Assembly (NCBI GenBank): GCA_050084985.1
Contig: JBITNC010000001.1
Location: forward strand, 53,940,001-54,004,000
DNA: 64,000 bases
Reading direction: 5' to 3'
Origin: Nageia nagi
Taxonomy: Eukaryota; Plantae; Pinophyta
Shown here: piece after piece, positions 1 to 13,562 of the stretch
Layout of the letters: the number at the start of each line of letters is the position of its first letter
How positions within the stretch are numbered: position 1 is the stretch's first letter
Translations under genes and position numbers: made by a program
The notes under the pieces: model-generated
The model's input: only the letters and a program-made list of their open reading frames with translations
Database searches by the model: none
What the model was told of the DNA's origin: nothing

Positions 1-346
1 GAATGAAAGCAATGACTCAAGAATATCTTTACAAAACTCAACTTTCTTTGGTACCATGAAAGGAGAGAGGAAAAATGAAGTTCCTCACCTAGGATGCAAG
101 AGCTGAAAGAATATCACAAGAGCATAAAAGATTACTCACAATGAATAAAATAATGGATGAATTATACATAAGGTACACCTTGCTTAAATAGCAAGTGAAA
201 TGAACAATAGCCACATGATAAAAAAAAATTGACCATCAGATTAAAACAACTTGATAAAGATGACAATTAAGTACACCTAATAGTGAACTTAAGATAATGT
301 TAACCTAGATACCTAACTAGGTAATAAATAAAATAATTCTCTAACA
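1..346 (-). repeat. Possible LTR fragment (minus strand), truncated by window edge
   Basis: Ends ...ataattctctaaca (reverse complement TGTTAGAGAATT, a typical LTR start), with a TATA-like motif on the minus strand near 185. No second copy in the window. Confidence 0.3.
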
Positions 347-2270
347 AAGTTAACTATGTTACCAATGAGGAATCAAATAGAGAAATTGATTTATGTATGA
401 AATCTGATGATCATGGATAAGTTGTTCACGGATTTGAAATATTTACTTTGTTCATGCTAACATTATTACAAGTGTTATTAGAGATATATTTGATTCTTTT
501 AGATAGGTTAACTCAATACAATCATAAGATGATGCATACCTTTCACAAGATACTGAAAAGGAAATGAAAGTGAATATGAAGATAAAATAAAAGGAATAAA
601 TCACAAATGAAGACATTCACAAAATAGTGAACATGGTTATCCATGATGATAACCAAGAAGAAGAAAAGGAAGAAGAAATATAGGAATATAAATTTGAAGA
701 AGTAAACATGAGGATATCAAGTTTTATATGAATATACTTGTCAAGAAACTTGAAGCAACCTTAGATATTGAGCATCAACACTAGGGGCAATGACCACCCT
801 AGGGGTAATGTTAATGGTACCATCATAGATTAAGAAAAAGAATAATTTTTCTTAGAATAACCACTCACACATGTCTAAAGAATGTTATGCAAAAGGATTC
901 TACTTGCTTGCCACATTCAGTTAAGTTTGAAGATTCAAGAAAGGTTGCTTCATTCAAGATGAATAAATATCAAAGGTGTATTTTGCAAGGACAATCATCA
1001 GGTAATTTTCTTATATTTCTCATATATGTTAGAATTGCATTTTCATATAGTTATGCATTTTAAAGTAGCTTAGATTGTATAATGCATTAAATACATCCCC
1101 TTTGCTAGTTGGGGGAATAATTAACCATCATCCATTCCCTTTATTTTTTGAGGATAAAATGAACCATCATTTGTATCTTTATAGTCATGTTAATATTTTG
1201 ATCTATGTTGGTCAATATTTGTCATTTTGTTTGTTTAGTCATAATTTTTTAAGTTTTTCATGGTTTTTAGTTTGTCAGTTAAGTATTTATAACCCAATGC
1301 TGATGCTAAGAAAAATTAAGAATTTTAACAAAATCATTTTGAGGGCATGCCCTCTAGACCATAAAGGTTTCTTCCCTTAACTCCCTTATCTCTTATATGT
1401 ATAATTTATGATCTTTATTTACATATTATGATTGTTATGATAAAATATTGTTATGCTCTTATTATGATCACTTCATTATTACCACTTTATGATCACTCCC
1501 TTTGTTGGTTGGATATTAACCATCACTTTATGATCACTTTTTAAAAACTTATTATTACCTTTTCTTATGATCTATTTTTTTATAATTAGGCCACTAAGTA
1601 TCATTATTATGGCATGATTTTACATGATATTATGATCTAACATGTGTTTTAAGGTCCATATATGTTTTGGAAGATGTTATTTTCTATCTCTATTTTTCAT
1701 ATTATTGCTTGCTCTTGCTTGTTAACACTCCATGGGAGCCATTCCATTTTATAATCAAGACTAAGGGGGTAGCATATATCATAAATCCTTGATGATTGGA
1801 TAGTTCTACAACAAAAATAGGGAAGTATCCAATTTTTCTTCTCTTTCTTTTTCTACTTCCTTTGCAAACACAATTATATTTCAAGGTCATTTCATTTCAT
1901 TATATTTGGAAAGGGGGGAATCTATTGACACCTAATTTTGGTTCACCTAAGGTGGTCCCACTTAGGTGTTTTATTATGTTAATATTATATCATTAAGTAT
2001 TTCATTATATTAATATTATATTTTATTATATATATTATGTTTGCCTACTTAAGATACCTCTCATGTAATTTAATCTTTATTTGTGCAAGTACCCCAACAT
2101 CGGTGGTAGCTTTTATGTGGAGGTTCTCTCACATATTTAAAGGTAAGTATGATTACATGGGAAAGCATCAATATTTCATCTTGATAATTGGTATTGTTGA
2201 TTAGTATGATCTACCCTAAGGGTTTGGTCTAGCAAGTTCTCTATCACCTGATGATAGCAAGGTTCTTTAA

Positions 2271-3892
2271 TGAGCAGAAAGTAGTGGGACAATGCACTCA
2301 TGGGGTTTTCTGCTAAATCTTTGAGTTATAGATCAGTTCCTATCTATGTAAAATGTTTAAAGTAATAGGAAAGAGATGAAATCTAAACTATTTAACATGA
2401 AAATGCAAAGAACATAAAAAAAACTAAACTAAGTAGATCAAGCATCATCGCACAGGTAGTAATCCATGGCCAAGATTAAGAATAGATCAACTACCTCACT
2501 CTTGGGGTCTCACAATTCCAATACATAGCCAAAAATTTATATAAAGCTTTATACACAATAATTACAAAATAAGATGATAGCCACATAATGCAAAGGGTAA
2601 AATACCATAGTATTGCATTACCATATATGAAAATAGTGCTTACACTAGGCAACTTTGCTAAAATGTTTGACCTTATGGAATTCAAAGAGTCCACTTTATA
2701 ATGTTCTATTTCAAAAATGGGTGGTTTTCCATCATTAATGACTATAACTACCCTATTGACTAAGAATAGAATAAACCTAAATATTTATAGTATTTACAAA
2801 AAATCTACAACTACAACTAATTGAGGAGTATTGTCTAGGTGCAACGTCGATTCTTGGAATTTGCATACCTTTAATCTTTGTACCTATCCAGTAGCAATCC
2901 ATCACTTTTATATTTGAAATTGGTTAATATAGGATTGTTATCAAATTTATGAGGTATGGTTCACCATCTTTATAAGTACAATCAATCTATGTTAGCAGTT
3001 AGCAACCACCTAAATCTCTGCAACCATTAAATACTTTCGTTTGTAGTCCTAGTGTTGAATACTGTAAGTGTGAAGGAAGATGTAATCATTCAAACCTAAG
3101 AGTGAACTATTACTTCCATATTGAAATGATTTGCATTCAATATGTTGGCAAAGTATAAAGGGTTATACACCCTTGATAAAGTGGACCCAAGTGTTCACCT
3201 CCTCTTACAGTCTTTATTTATCCTTGGTGGGTCTTGTTACACTCGATGGTTATTGTAGAAACTTGAGATTGCTTATGGGCTTACTACCCATTGATTTGCT
3301 TGAAAAAATATGATATCATCACTCAAAATTTGTGGGGTCTATTGAATATAGAGTTGTGAACATCTCTTTCCTTGATGAAGTATCTGGACCACCCACTAAC
3401 TAAGTCATATGGAGCCTGTTGATTTTTGCCTAAAAGTATGATGTCACCATTGGATTTTCATGGGCCATACTTTACTTGAATATTACAACAATGCCTATTA
3501 CATGACTTAACCTAAACTAACAATTATGTGTAATAGGTCCCAAAAATAATTCCTGGACTATACAAGATCGAAATATAATTAACTAAAGTCATAATAGGGC
3601 CTAAAATTAACTCAAATAAATACATAGACTCTATACAATACTACCTAGACATGACTTATATAAATTTGTATAAATGACTCTCTCCTTGTAACAAAATGGT
3701 GGTTTTGAATGAATTTCCACTTACTATGACCTAGTAATATGAACATGACCTAAAAATTCCTGAAACAAAACTACACCTTGACTAAGAGCACATATAATAC
3801 AAGACTCTTGAGAAAAAGACTAAGTATATATAATGTAAACTTAGGATTGAATTTTGTAAATTTTTACAATTGAGAAAGAAAGGGGAATAACA
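2271..3892. repeat. LTR-like non-coding repeat, boundaries uncertain
   Basis: Right end ggggaataaca resembles a Gypsy LTR terminus. No convincing TSD or left end found. Confidence 0.25.
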
Positions 3893-4669
3893 AATGAGAA
3901 ATATAGAAGAAATTTTATTAGCAAGGAAAAATGAATGGATGAATGTTACAGACAAGAGAGAAGAATGAATGAATAAAAAAATAATGAATACAAAAAATAT
4001 TACCCCTTAGAGTGTAATTTTACAAGAATAACATGTACCTACATTTAGGTATTTCCCAACACCACCTATTGAGATTGGGATCTTATTATCACATGAGCAT
4101 ATCCTATTATTTCATCTTCCATAATTATATGTTTGGCTTGACTTTTTGATACTCTTATATATACTAGATCTTGATTGTGAACTCTATTCTTAAGATTCTC
4201 TACATCCACATTACCATATGCACTAGCAGTACTATTCAAGGCTTTGTGTTTATGGTCCCTTGGGCATCCATGCTAAGTTTCTAGTTTACTTTGTTGTGTG
4301 GGGATTCACATATCAAGATCACTATCTTTGAGAAGCTCTTATATGCATATAATCTTCATCATCCTAGGTAAGGTTAGGTATGTGGCTATCTCTTGATCCC
4401 TTTCTCATTAGTGCATAAATATTATCTTGATACAAAAGTATGAGTATTGCTTTATTCATTTCCATTTTGTTATATTTCAGATTATTATTCTTATGATCAA
4501 ATGTAAATATTTTAATATAGTTGCTACCTATTTTAATATTAAGGGTCACTTAAAATATTTCAACACACACTCTTTGATATTGGATGATGATTTCACAAAA
4601 AAAGTAACTTGATAACAATCAATAGGGTGATCATATGATCAACTATGCCTTAATATCCTCTTCATTTAT

Positions 4670-5740
4670 TAGGTATCCAACTTTAAAGAAGCAACAATGG
4701 ATGAATATTGGAGAAATACCATGGAAGATAAGATAGAACAAATGTAGAAAAAAATGACTCTTGGGAGATATAATATCAAGCATAATGTTGATGGTATAAT
4801 TACCAAGGATAAAGATCACATTTTATAAAAAGTCTACATTCAAAAAGAAGGTTTGGAATATGAAGAAACATTTTCTCTAGTCATCAAATTAGAGACAATA
4901 AGATCTCTACTAGCTTTAGATTCAAATTTTAGTATTATAGTTTACCAAATGGATGTTAAATCAAACTTCTTTAATGGTGATCTTGAAGAAGTGTATGTGA
5001 ATCAAACACATAGTTTCATAGTTACATGATATGAAGATAAAGTTTTCAGGTAGATAGAATCTCTTTATGAACTCAAACAAGCACTTAGATCATGGTACTC
5101 TAGAATTGATATCTTTTTTTTTTTTTAGAATGTCTATTAGAGGTATTAAGCGGAAATACACTTTACCCAAAGCTATTTGAACCTAACTTCATCATAATTT
5201 ATTTGTATGTTAATGATATTATCTTTATGAGAAGCTCCACTTCCATGCTACAATAATTTAAAATTACCATGGTAAATGAATTTGAGATGAATGATCTAGG
5301 TGAAATGTGATACACTTCTAGGTATGCCTTATTCTTTGGTGAATAATCTATTTCCTAGAGCATCAAGAAGCAATATACAATTCTATATCTAATACCAAGG
5401 AGAAGTACATGGCTACATCATTTTCTTAGCACTCAAGCCATTTGGATGGCAAGATTATTTGAAGAATTGGGTATGGAAATTCATCAGTTTATCAAAATTC
5501 ACTATAACAACACCAACTCTATTGCTATGATAATGAATACAATGTTTCACAATAGGACCAAGAAAATAAACATTCATCATCATTTTATGAGGGATTTAGT
5601 GCAAGATGGATTCATTGAATTTAAAATTTGCAAGTCCAAGGATCAAATTACAAACATCTTCACTAAACCACTAGTGAAAAATCAATTCCTTTATTTAGAT
5701 ATACGATCGACATACAAAGTATTAACATTAATGGGGAAAT
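4670..5740 (+). pseudogene. Degenerate Ty1/Copia RT-RNase H remnant ending in a polypurine tract
   Basis: Translates in pieces as EATMDEYWRNTMED, YQMDVKSNFFNGDLEE, YELKQALRSWYSRI, LYVNDII and the RNase H ORF 5446-5742 (MFHNRTKKINIHHHFMRDLV...DQITNIFTKPL). PPT-like atggggaaa at about 5731. Many stops and frameshifts. Confidence 0.85.
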
Positions 5741-6099
5741 AAAGAATTTAATCTTCAATGGTTCATATTTTAATTTTTATTTCATAACATCATCGGTAGG
5801 TGAAGAGTTTTATTTCTCACTCCTCGAAGAAGAAAATTTCCTCACTTCTTGATTGCCTCATGTACTTTCCAAGTATAAAACCTTTATTTCTTTCTATAGG
5901 CATGTATATGAGTATTTAATGTTTACAAATTAGATTTTGAATTGTTAGGATTTGATTTTGTACTCTTTATTTGACTTTGTTGAGTGCCATTACTTCTATA
6001 ATTATTTTGGAGTATTAAACACTCAAATTATTATCAATGAACATATCAGGATTAATTCCAATTATATTATAACAAGTATTGTATTAATTTTTACACAAA

Positions 6100-9000
6100 A
6101 ATAGTAAAAAAATCATCTATTACTTTTCCTTGCAATTATGTTCGTATTTCTTATTTTGTCAGGGTGTAGTGATTAGAAATCACTTCTACATTTTATATAC
6201 TAGTCCTCAAGCTAAACTAAGGTAATATTTACCTATTTCATGGTATTTTTATTTAGTAGGTACTTGTTTTTTATTTTTCATTTCATGCACTTATTTTGGA
6301 GATATTCACTTTATGCCTTACCACCTTATTATAGGTCTATAAGCAATTAGTTTGCCTTTGGAGACCAAACTTTCATTATAGATATCCATTTAATGTGATT
6401 CCTTTTGTTTTTGATGGTTTTTTCAAATAAATTTTTAACTATATAATATAACCTATACTTTTCATTGAAAATATCATCGCAAATAGTAATTTCTCATCAT
6501 GCATGTACCTAGTTCTCCTTAGTTGTAGTCCATGAACACTTTCATTTCCATATGAAATTATAAATACTTACATTACTCCATAGTTTTCAAACCTTACATA
6601 TTTTTAAATTTCACATCTTCACCTTTATATTAATATATAACATGCCATCTTTTGAATATAAGTCACTACCTTACTAACCTATTCCTTTGGCACTATTTAT
6701 CCAATGCTATTTTGTTGACCCAATGAACACCTTTCACTCCTTCCCCATAATTATAGAGTTTGATAACTCCTTTTGAGTTGATTATTTTTTCATTAGAAAA
6801 AATAATTTACTACCTTTTCAATGGTATATAATGTAACATAATTTGTTGTTAAAATTCTTTAGCAAAATTGCTAATCTTTAGCAACCATCCAATTTTAGGA
6901 CTATATTTGGAGACCTAGCGACCTCAACATCAGAAGTGAATCACTTAAGATATAAAAATCCAAAATTTTGATGTATGAGTACTCATTGGAAATGTCTCTT
7001 TGATAAATTTTAAAGCATATCTAACACTTGATATTTTAATTAATTAAAAATTAATAAAATTAGAAAATTTGTCATACTATATTTCTACAATTGCCAAAAC
7101 TCATCAACGAAATATTCAAACTCCACAATGTTAGAAGTTATTCATCAGCACTTTGGGGTTTTACAAAAATTAAATTATTCATTTGGAAGCATTTGAGTGT
7201 TAATCCTTGTTAGAAATTATAATACATTATTGTGTAATACATCTCTTTAATGTAACCCACAGATAGGGTAAAAGGGTGGTTAAAGAGAGGATCGCATACT
7301 ATAAATAAAGGGATACCCCCCTCTCATTACACACTTGGAGAAGCATAAAAATGCTAGTCTTTTATAATTTTAGGAATTCTCTTGTAGGATTTTTATAGAG
7401 GAATTATTATAGAAGAACTCTTGAGAATTTGTAGGAGAGTTATCTTGTGACAAGTAATAGAAAATATGGTTTAAAGTCGATGTACTCTCAAGATATGGAG
7501 GAACCACTATACTTATTGTATGTTCAAATTGTGAGATTAGCTATTTGTTGTGTTGGTTTAGAAAGCCTTCTAGAGAACTTGGTAGACTAGGATTTTACTA
7601 TTTAAGGTGTAAATACAACAATCTTGATAGTATTAAATCCTTCAAAAAATGGTATTACTCCCACCAAGAATGCCACTTGAAACTATTAATTGCAAGAGTG
7701 TAATATGAAAAAATGCACCCAAATTATGCTAAAAAACTCTTACTACCAAAGTTTCATGGAAAGAATTATGAGTGTGGGATAAGGTGAATTTAGTAATCTT
7801 TCTCTATAGAGATTTGGTTCCCAAATAAAAGTAAATTTCAAAGTTAAAAATTTGAAATAATAAATGGTTAGAGACATAATCCAAGTTTGCAAATAACTTA
7901 TGAGTTATAACAAGCAAGTTTCAATAATGAGACTAAACTCAAGAATAGGAAAGATATTCTGACCTTAATTTCAAGCCTAACCAATTGGCACTAATAATCA
8001 TAGACTTAATCTAAACCATACAAACCATTATATCTTAATGAAATAATACCTAACACTTACAATACCTACCAAATAGAGGGTAAATAATATCATCTTCATT
8101 AATTAGTGGAAAGTATATAACAACATAGAAATGGTAAATATACTTAATGATCTAAATTTAGCTTTGGCATATTATCTCCTAGATGTATTCTAAACTAATT
8201 TAACTAAAAACAATATTTACAATTTCATAAGCATAATCTATTTTGATTAGTACATCAACTAAAGACCTCTTAACACTTAAGAATATAACAATTTCATGTC
8301 TTCAAAATGTCTTCTTCCAGTTATGTTGTTTTCTTATTATAGAGTATCTAACTATTGGCATGATTGAAGTTCTTGATAGATCATTATCGACTTGCATAAT
8401 TAAGCAACCATAAATTGATTAGATCTTGATCTTGAATCAAATCACAGATCATATCTTTTGACTTACCAAGATATTTCTTACGCATGAGATGAATCATTTG
8501 AAAGGAGAACACAAGATTTCATTATTTTTTCATAAAGCATATGATTCCTAGTTGAGAAAAAGAACTAGAGATTTCTCTTAGTCTTGAGTATATTTGAAAT
8601 TTGATTTATACTAATGATTACTTTTTATAGATCACTTTTTGGTCATCAATTTACAAATTGCTTTTTCACTAATTCCTCATCTATGTTTGAAGCTTAATTA
8701 CAATAATAAGCAAAAAGCCGTTTTTAAATATTCAACTTATTCACTAGTATTTTTTGAAGTTTAAGAAAAATGAATTTTTGTACCTTGATGATTGTGATAA
8801 ATTTGACTCAAGATATCCCCTCATTATTTTCATTAGAATGGAAAAACTTGTTGGGAAGTTGTAATAAAAATTAATGGATAGCTTGAAAATTTCTGCTATC
8901 TTTGTGAAGTGCCTACTAAGTTTATGGGTATTCATTTATCATTTGGGTAGATCTTCTATAGAGGTTTTCTTCTAATAGTATTCATTTGTTGCTAAATTAT

Positions 9001-9100
9001 GCTAACCATATATTGAAGCAACACTTATTTCTTTTGCCTCTACATTCCATGTAGAAAATTCTTCTACAAACTCATCTTTTGGAAGACTTATTTATCCAAG
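6100..9100 (-). pseudogene. Very degenerate Ty3/Gypsy (Tat/Ogre-like) pol remnant
   Basis: Minus-strand fragments loosely resembling DMPGxDP (about 8170), KTxFT and MPFGL (about 7740-7800) and the RT-RH connection (about 7150). Motifs are barely recognisable. Confidence 0.3.
7208..7620 (+). mobile_element. Solo LTR (413 bp), Copia-type
   Basis: TGTT...AACA termini; TSD ATCCT (7203-7207) / ATCTT (7621-7625); TATA ctataaata at about 7299. Start resembles the LTRs at 23769 and 44072. Confidence 0.8.
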
Positions 9101-9139
9101 ATTTTTTTGCTTTTAATTATACCTTTTATTATCTTCATT

Positions 9140-11371
9140 TTTTTTGGATGAAAAAGACCTTGTATTAAATTAAAATCTCTTTCATACAAAAAAAGGGTGA
9201 GTAGAATTAGGCACATCCCATGATCAAACACAGCTAGAAAACACAACCCCTTCAAACTAATTCGAGTTAGGAACTGAGATGGTTAGACAAAAACATAAAA
9301 ACCCATTAGTACAAAATAGTTAATGATAGCTAGAAAACACATGACATCTAATCATTAACATAAAAATTAGATAATAAACTAGGCAAAATATTATGGTGGG
9401 AAAAATTTGTCCAAATCACCTAGATACTCCCAACCTTTGCCACCAGGGATCAATGTGCACCATCCATAATCATTTGGAGCATTGATATGCCCATTATTCT
9501 CTACCTTAGTAGCATGTGTATTAACAACATACTTCTAGGTCATGGAAGACGTTCCTGAATCACCCTAACCAACTAGATCAAAAGGTGGTTGGCAAACATC
9601 CTAGCCACTCTAGAGGTAAGGAGAAATAGGATACATAATATGAATTCACTTAGTATTTAGAGGAGGTTATGACCAGTGATGGCTCTGTGAAGGTCTAAAA
9701 GAATTACACCCACCAGAGAAGTGTCTGGTCTAAGAAAGACACCCACATTCACTTTCTCTACTTGAATAATTATTTACAACTAGCATTCATAGAAAATTAT
9801 ATATTTATCAACCAAAGAAAAGGAAGAAGAAGCTTCTTGTCTTGCAAAAATAATATCATTCCTAAATTTCTATATATGATATAAAATACTGAGCTAAAAA
9901 ATATGTCAAAATTCCCCCAAAGGTTCAAAAACTTGTATAGGGTCCCCTAATAATGAATTAACCCAAGAGCAGGGAGTGACCAAGAATGGGTTAAAAAAGG
10001 ATAAAATCCAACCCCAAGCAATTGAAGCTTTATAACATGATCAAAAAATATGAAAAAAAATGTTGGGTTCCCCACAAAAAGCATAAATAGGGTTTTCCAC
10101 CCCCAAATGTTGTAACCTATGACTAATAGGTAAACCTTGATATAACAAACTCTAAGCAATAAAACTTTATTTAGAATTAATATTCCACTCCTAGATTATA
10201 GAAAACCTTAATCTCCATCTAGATTGGGTAGAAACAATATTCCATCTATTATTTAATCAATAAAAAATAGGGACATTAGGGTAGCATCAATCATCCCACT
10301 AGGGCCTATGAAAACATCTTCCCAACTTTCTCCAAATTGGAAAATGGATTTTATCAAGAACAACATCAAAATTGGCTTTATCATCTTGGTGCAAATTAAA
10401 TAGTTTGTGAAACTCCTCCCAAGGAAATCAATGATTGGTTTAAAAATAAAAAATTTCTTAAGAGAGTTGATTCCCTTCCTATGGAAGCAAAGGGATTTGA
10501 CCCACTGAACACTTGCTAAAGGCAAACCATCAAATTTGAGAATAGGAGATCATGAAACATTCAAGGAAGAGAGGAAGGACCCTGATCAAATTTGCTTCCC
10601 ATTCCAATGAAGCCAAGGCTTGAAATCTTCCCATGCCTTCCAAATACCTTTTGCAATAAATGAACTAGAGATCTTGATTTTATTATTATTATTTTATTAT
10701 CTTTTGTTGAGGAAGTCACCAAGTTGGCTATGATTTCACAAAAAGGTTTCCTTGAATAAACTTTCTTTATAAGGAGCTTTTTTAGCAATATTTAACTTTT
10801 CTTTCAACTTGATACCATGAAATGGTGGAAAAAAAAATTATATACAAAAAATGTGGTAAGTATTTTTAAAAAATAGCCTAGCAAAATTCTACAAGAACAA
10901 CACTTAGCTAAAATTCAAGGTTTAAAACCTTCTATCCTAGAGAATGAGTCTTCATTTGATATTTTACAACTCATATCCTAGCCTTAAAAATAATATAAAA
11001 TAAAATGAATGCAAGGAAAGAATGCATTCATTGATGTTACCAATTTATTAAGAGTTTATATAAAATAGTATTGTATTGTATCTAACGAATAGTATGTAAA
11101 AAGGAAATAGAAAATGGCATAATATACCTAACAAATCCCATAGCTCTAGAGTAGTAAATAGGAATTATTATAATGCTTTCCATTATAGACCACAATATTT
11201 CCTAACTTAGACCATATACCAAATAGAAAATATTTTCAAATTAGTATTTCTTCATTCTTATAATTAAGCTTTCTTTAGGATGAAATAATCATCATAACAA
11301 ATAGAAAAAACCTAAAAAATGACCTCAATACCAATGTATGAACCTACTCAATTTATTGAAAAAGGATTTAA
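9140..11371 (-). mobile_element. Degenerate L1-type LINE ORF2 3' part (RT, zf-RVT, RNase H-like)
   Basis: Minus-strand remnants resembling RG(L/I)RQGDxLSPxLF (about 11100-11150), LPxxYLGxP (about 10860), GDGSxxxF (about 10600), KIKFxxW zf-RVT (about 10165) and an RNase H-like tail (about 9500); A-rich 3' end near 9140. Interrupted at 11372 by the large Copia; may resume at 63025-63095. Confidence 0.6.
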
Positions 11372-12637
11372 TGAAAGAAAATAATGCTCCATGGTTTAAA
11401 TATTTAGATTTTAACATCAGTAATTTTTTCCTATCTCTCTCACACCAATGAATACTACTAAGTTACTATTTTAACTAGTCGATTTAATTTCTATTTATTG
11501 TATGTAGTTGAAATTTTAATGCTCACAATCCTATCTTACTACTAATAGGTCTTCTTATATTGTAAGGACACATCATTTATACTTACATTTATGTTTTTTC
11601 TTAACTTCCTAGGAAGATATTGTCCTTTGGTCAGAATTTTTAGAGTGTCAAAAACTTAATATTCTTGAGCAAGGCATGTAAAGGGATACTTTCCCACATC
11701 TTATTGTAATCTTGCATTCATTTTGTAATAGCAATAAATATTTATCTATAACTCTTTTTTATGGTTATGGAGTGTTATTTCTTTTCTAAGCATATTTATA
11801 GAAGAAAAATCTTGCATATCGTTATGTGATATGGAATAAAACCATTTAACTAGGTGATTACTCATTATTTTTTCATTTTGTGCAATAGATTTGGATATTT
11901 TTGTGGTCTCAAACTACATTTTTTTTTATCAATATTCTTTCAAAGCCTATAAGTTTCATTAAATATCTACTTTGATGTGATTATTTTTACATTGAATAAC
12001 ATGTTTCAATAACTTTCAAACCATGATTTTCATACTTGCACTTTCATAGTCCTACTCAATAAGCCTTATAAATTATCTTACTTACATATGGGTTTTGACT
12101 CATATATTATCTTATATATTCCCTAGGAATTTAACCATTAGATAGATATTTTAATTCCATTTCTAAAAAATATATAACACTCCCATATTTTGATGAATAT
12201 CAACCATGTTACATCACTTTTTTGTGATTGCTATATCTAGATTCATCTTTATCCCACACCTATGTTTTGTCTCTATCCTAGACTCAATTGTTTTTACCTT
12301 TGCCTCTATCTCAAGCCATGATCATGTATTTTTGATATTATCTTCTCAAAAACCTTGTTCATCATATATATTGACCTTTGTATCCACCAAGGAGGCCCTT
12401 ATATGACATTGAAAGCTTTGTATTTACCCCATGAACTTTAAATTTAGATTCCTAGAGATCCATAGCTTCTTTTGAGGTATGTGAGTACTCTATAGAAAAG
12501 TATTTTTGATATATATTTAACCATATTGAAAAATTAACATTTATAAAAAGTTAATTTTATTTTATATCCTTTTAAAGTCCTAGTGGTTCTATCATTCCCA
12601 TATCACTATATTTAGCTTGAGCACCATAAAATATTCA
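11372..12637 (+). repeat. LTR1 of tandem Copia (1266 bp)
   Basis: TG...CA; colinear similarity to 15994-17296+22886-22934 and to 56263-57097+62537-63019; followed by a PBS. Confidence 0.9.
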
Positions 12638-12639
12638 AT

Positions 12640-12651
12640 TGGTATCAAATA
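12640..12651 (+). promoter_or_regulatory. Primer-binding site (tRNA-iMet type)
   Basis: tggtatcaaata 2 nt after the LTR end; consensus TGGTATCAGAGC. Confidence 0.8.
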
Positions 12652-13562
12652 GGGTCTTTCTATTAGGTTGAAATGGATTAGAAAAATAGAAAATCAAGTG
12701 AAAATTCTTGTATTCAATAGTGAATTGTTTGAATATTGGATTATTCGAATGTAGAAATTGATACTACAACCTTTGTTGCACTTATAGTAGATGAGAAAAA
12801 TGAGATTTTGGAGACCAAAAAAAGGATGCCAAATCCCTATTAACCATATAAAGTGGGATAGATATGGCTATCTTCCCCTAGATTTTAAAATGCATATAAT
12901 CAAAGGAAGCATGGGAGATTCTTGAGAATGCCTAAAAGGGATCTTCCAAGGTAAGAGTAGCTAAACTTCATATCTTATTTGAGGATTTTGAATCCTTAAA
13001 AATCAATTAAGATGAGATCATTAAGGTTTATAACTAGAGTTAAAAATTAGTAAATGGCATTCATTCACATGATTAGGCACTATATGATACTAGGATCATT
13101 AAGAAGGTGTTGACAAGGCTTCCAAGAAAGTTTGATCCTATCACCATTGGAATTGAGGAGTTTATAGAATTATATCATATCACCCTAGTTAAGTTACTTA
13201 AAATATTACATACTTATGAGAATTGAATCAGAGATAAGTAAGATAACCTTAATTAAGCATTCCAAGGAAAGTTGAGAATGAATGATCAGTCGTCAATCTC
13301 TAATGAGTCTAAATCTAGTAGTTCATAATCTACATCAAGAGGTTATGGTAGAGGTCATGGTGGATCATGCCATGGAAGAGGCAATCTTGATAGAGGAAGA
13401 GGTTAGTTATCCAATAAATTTTGGAACTTAGCCCAAATATATTGTAACTAATATGAAAAATATTATCACACTAAACAATAATATTTCAAGAAAAGAAACT
13501 AGCAAAAAGCTAACTACAATGAAGAACAAGGTGTTGCCAATCTCTTCCTCACCCAAATAATT

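Noticed and set aside
1075-4612. Short ORFs in the first 4.6 kb
   Set aside because: No recognisable domains and composition typical of chance ORFs in AT-rich DNA. The region looks like unresolved LTR-element debris (PPT-like tracts near 800 and 1911) that I could not delimit.
12640-12651. tRNA gene (also 21571 and 57236)
   Set aside because: Only the short primer-binding complement is present; no cloverleaf.
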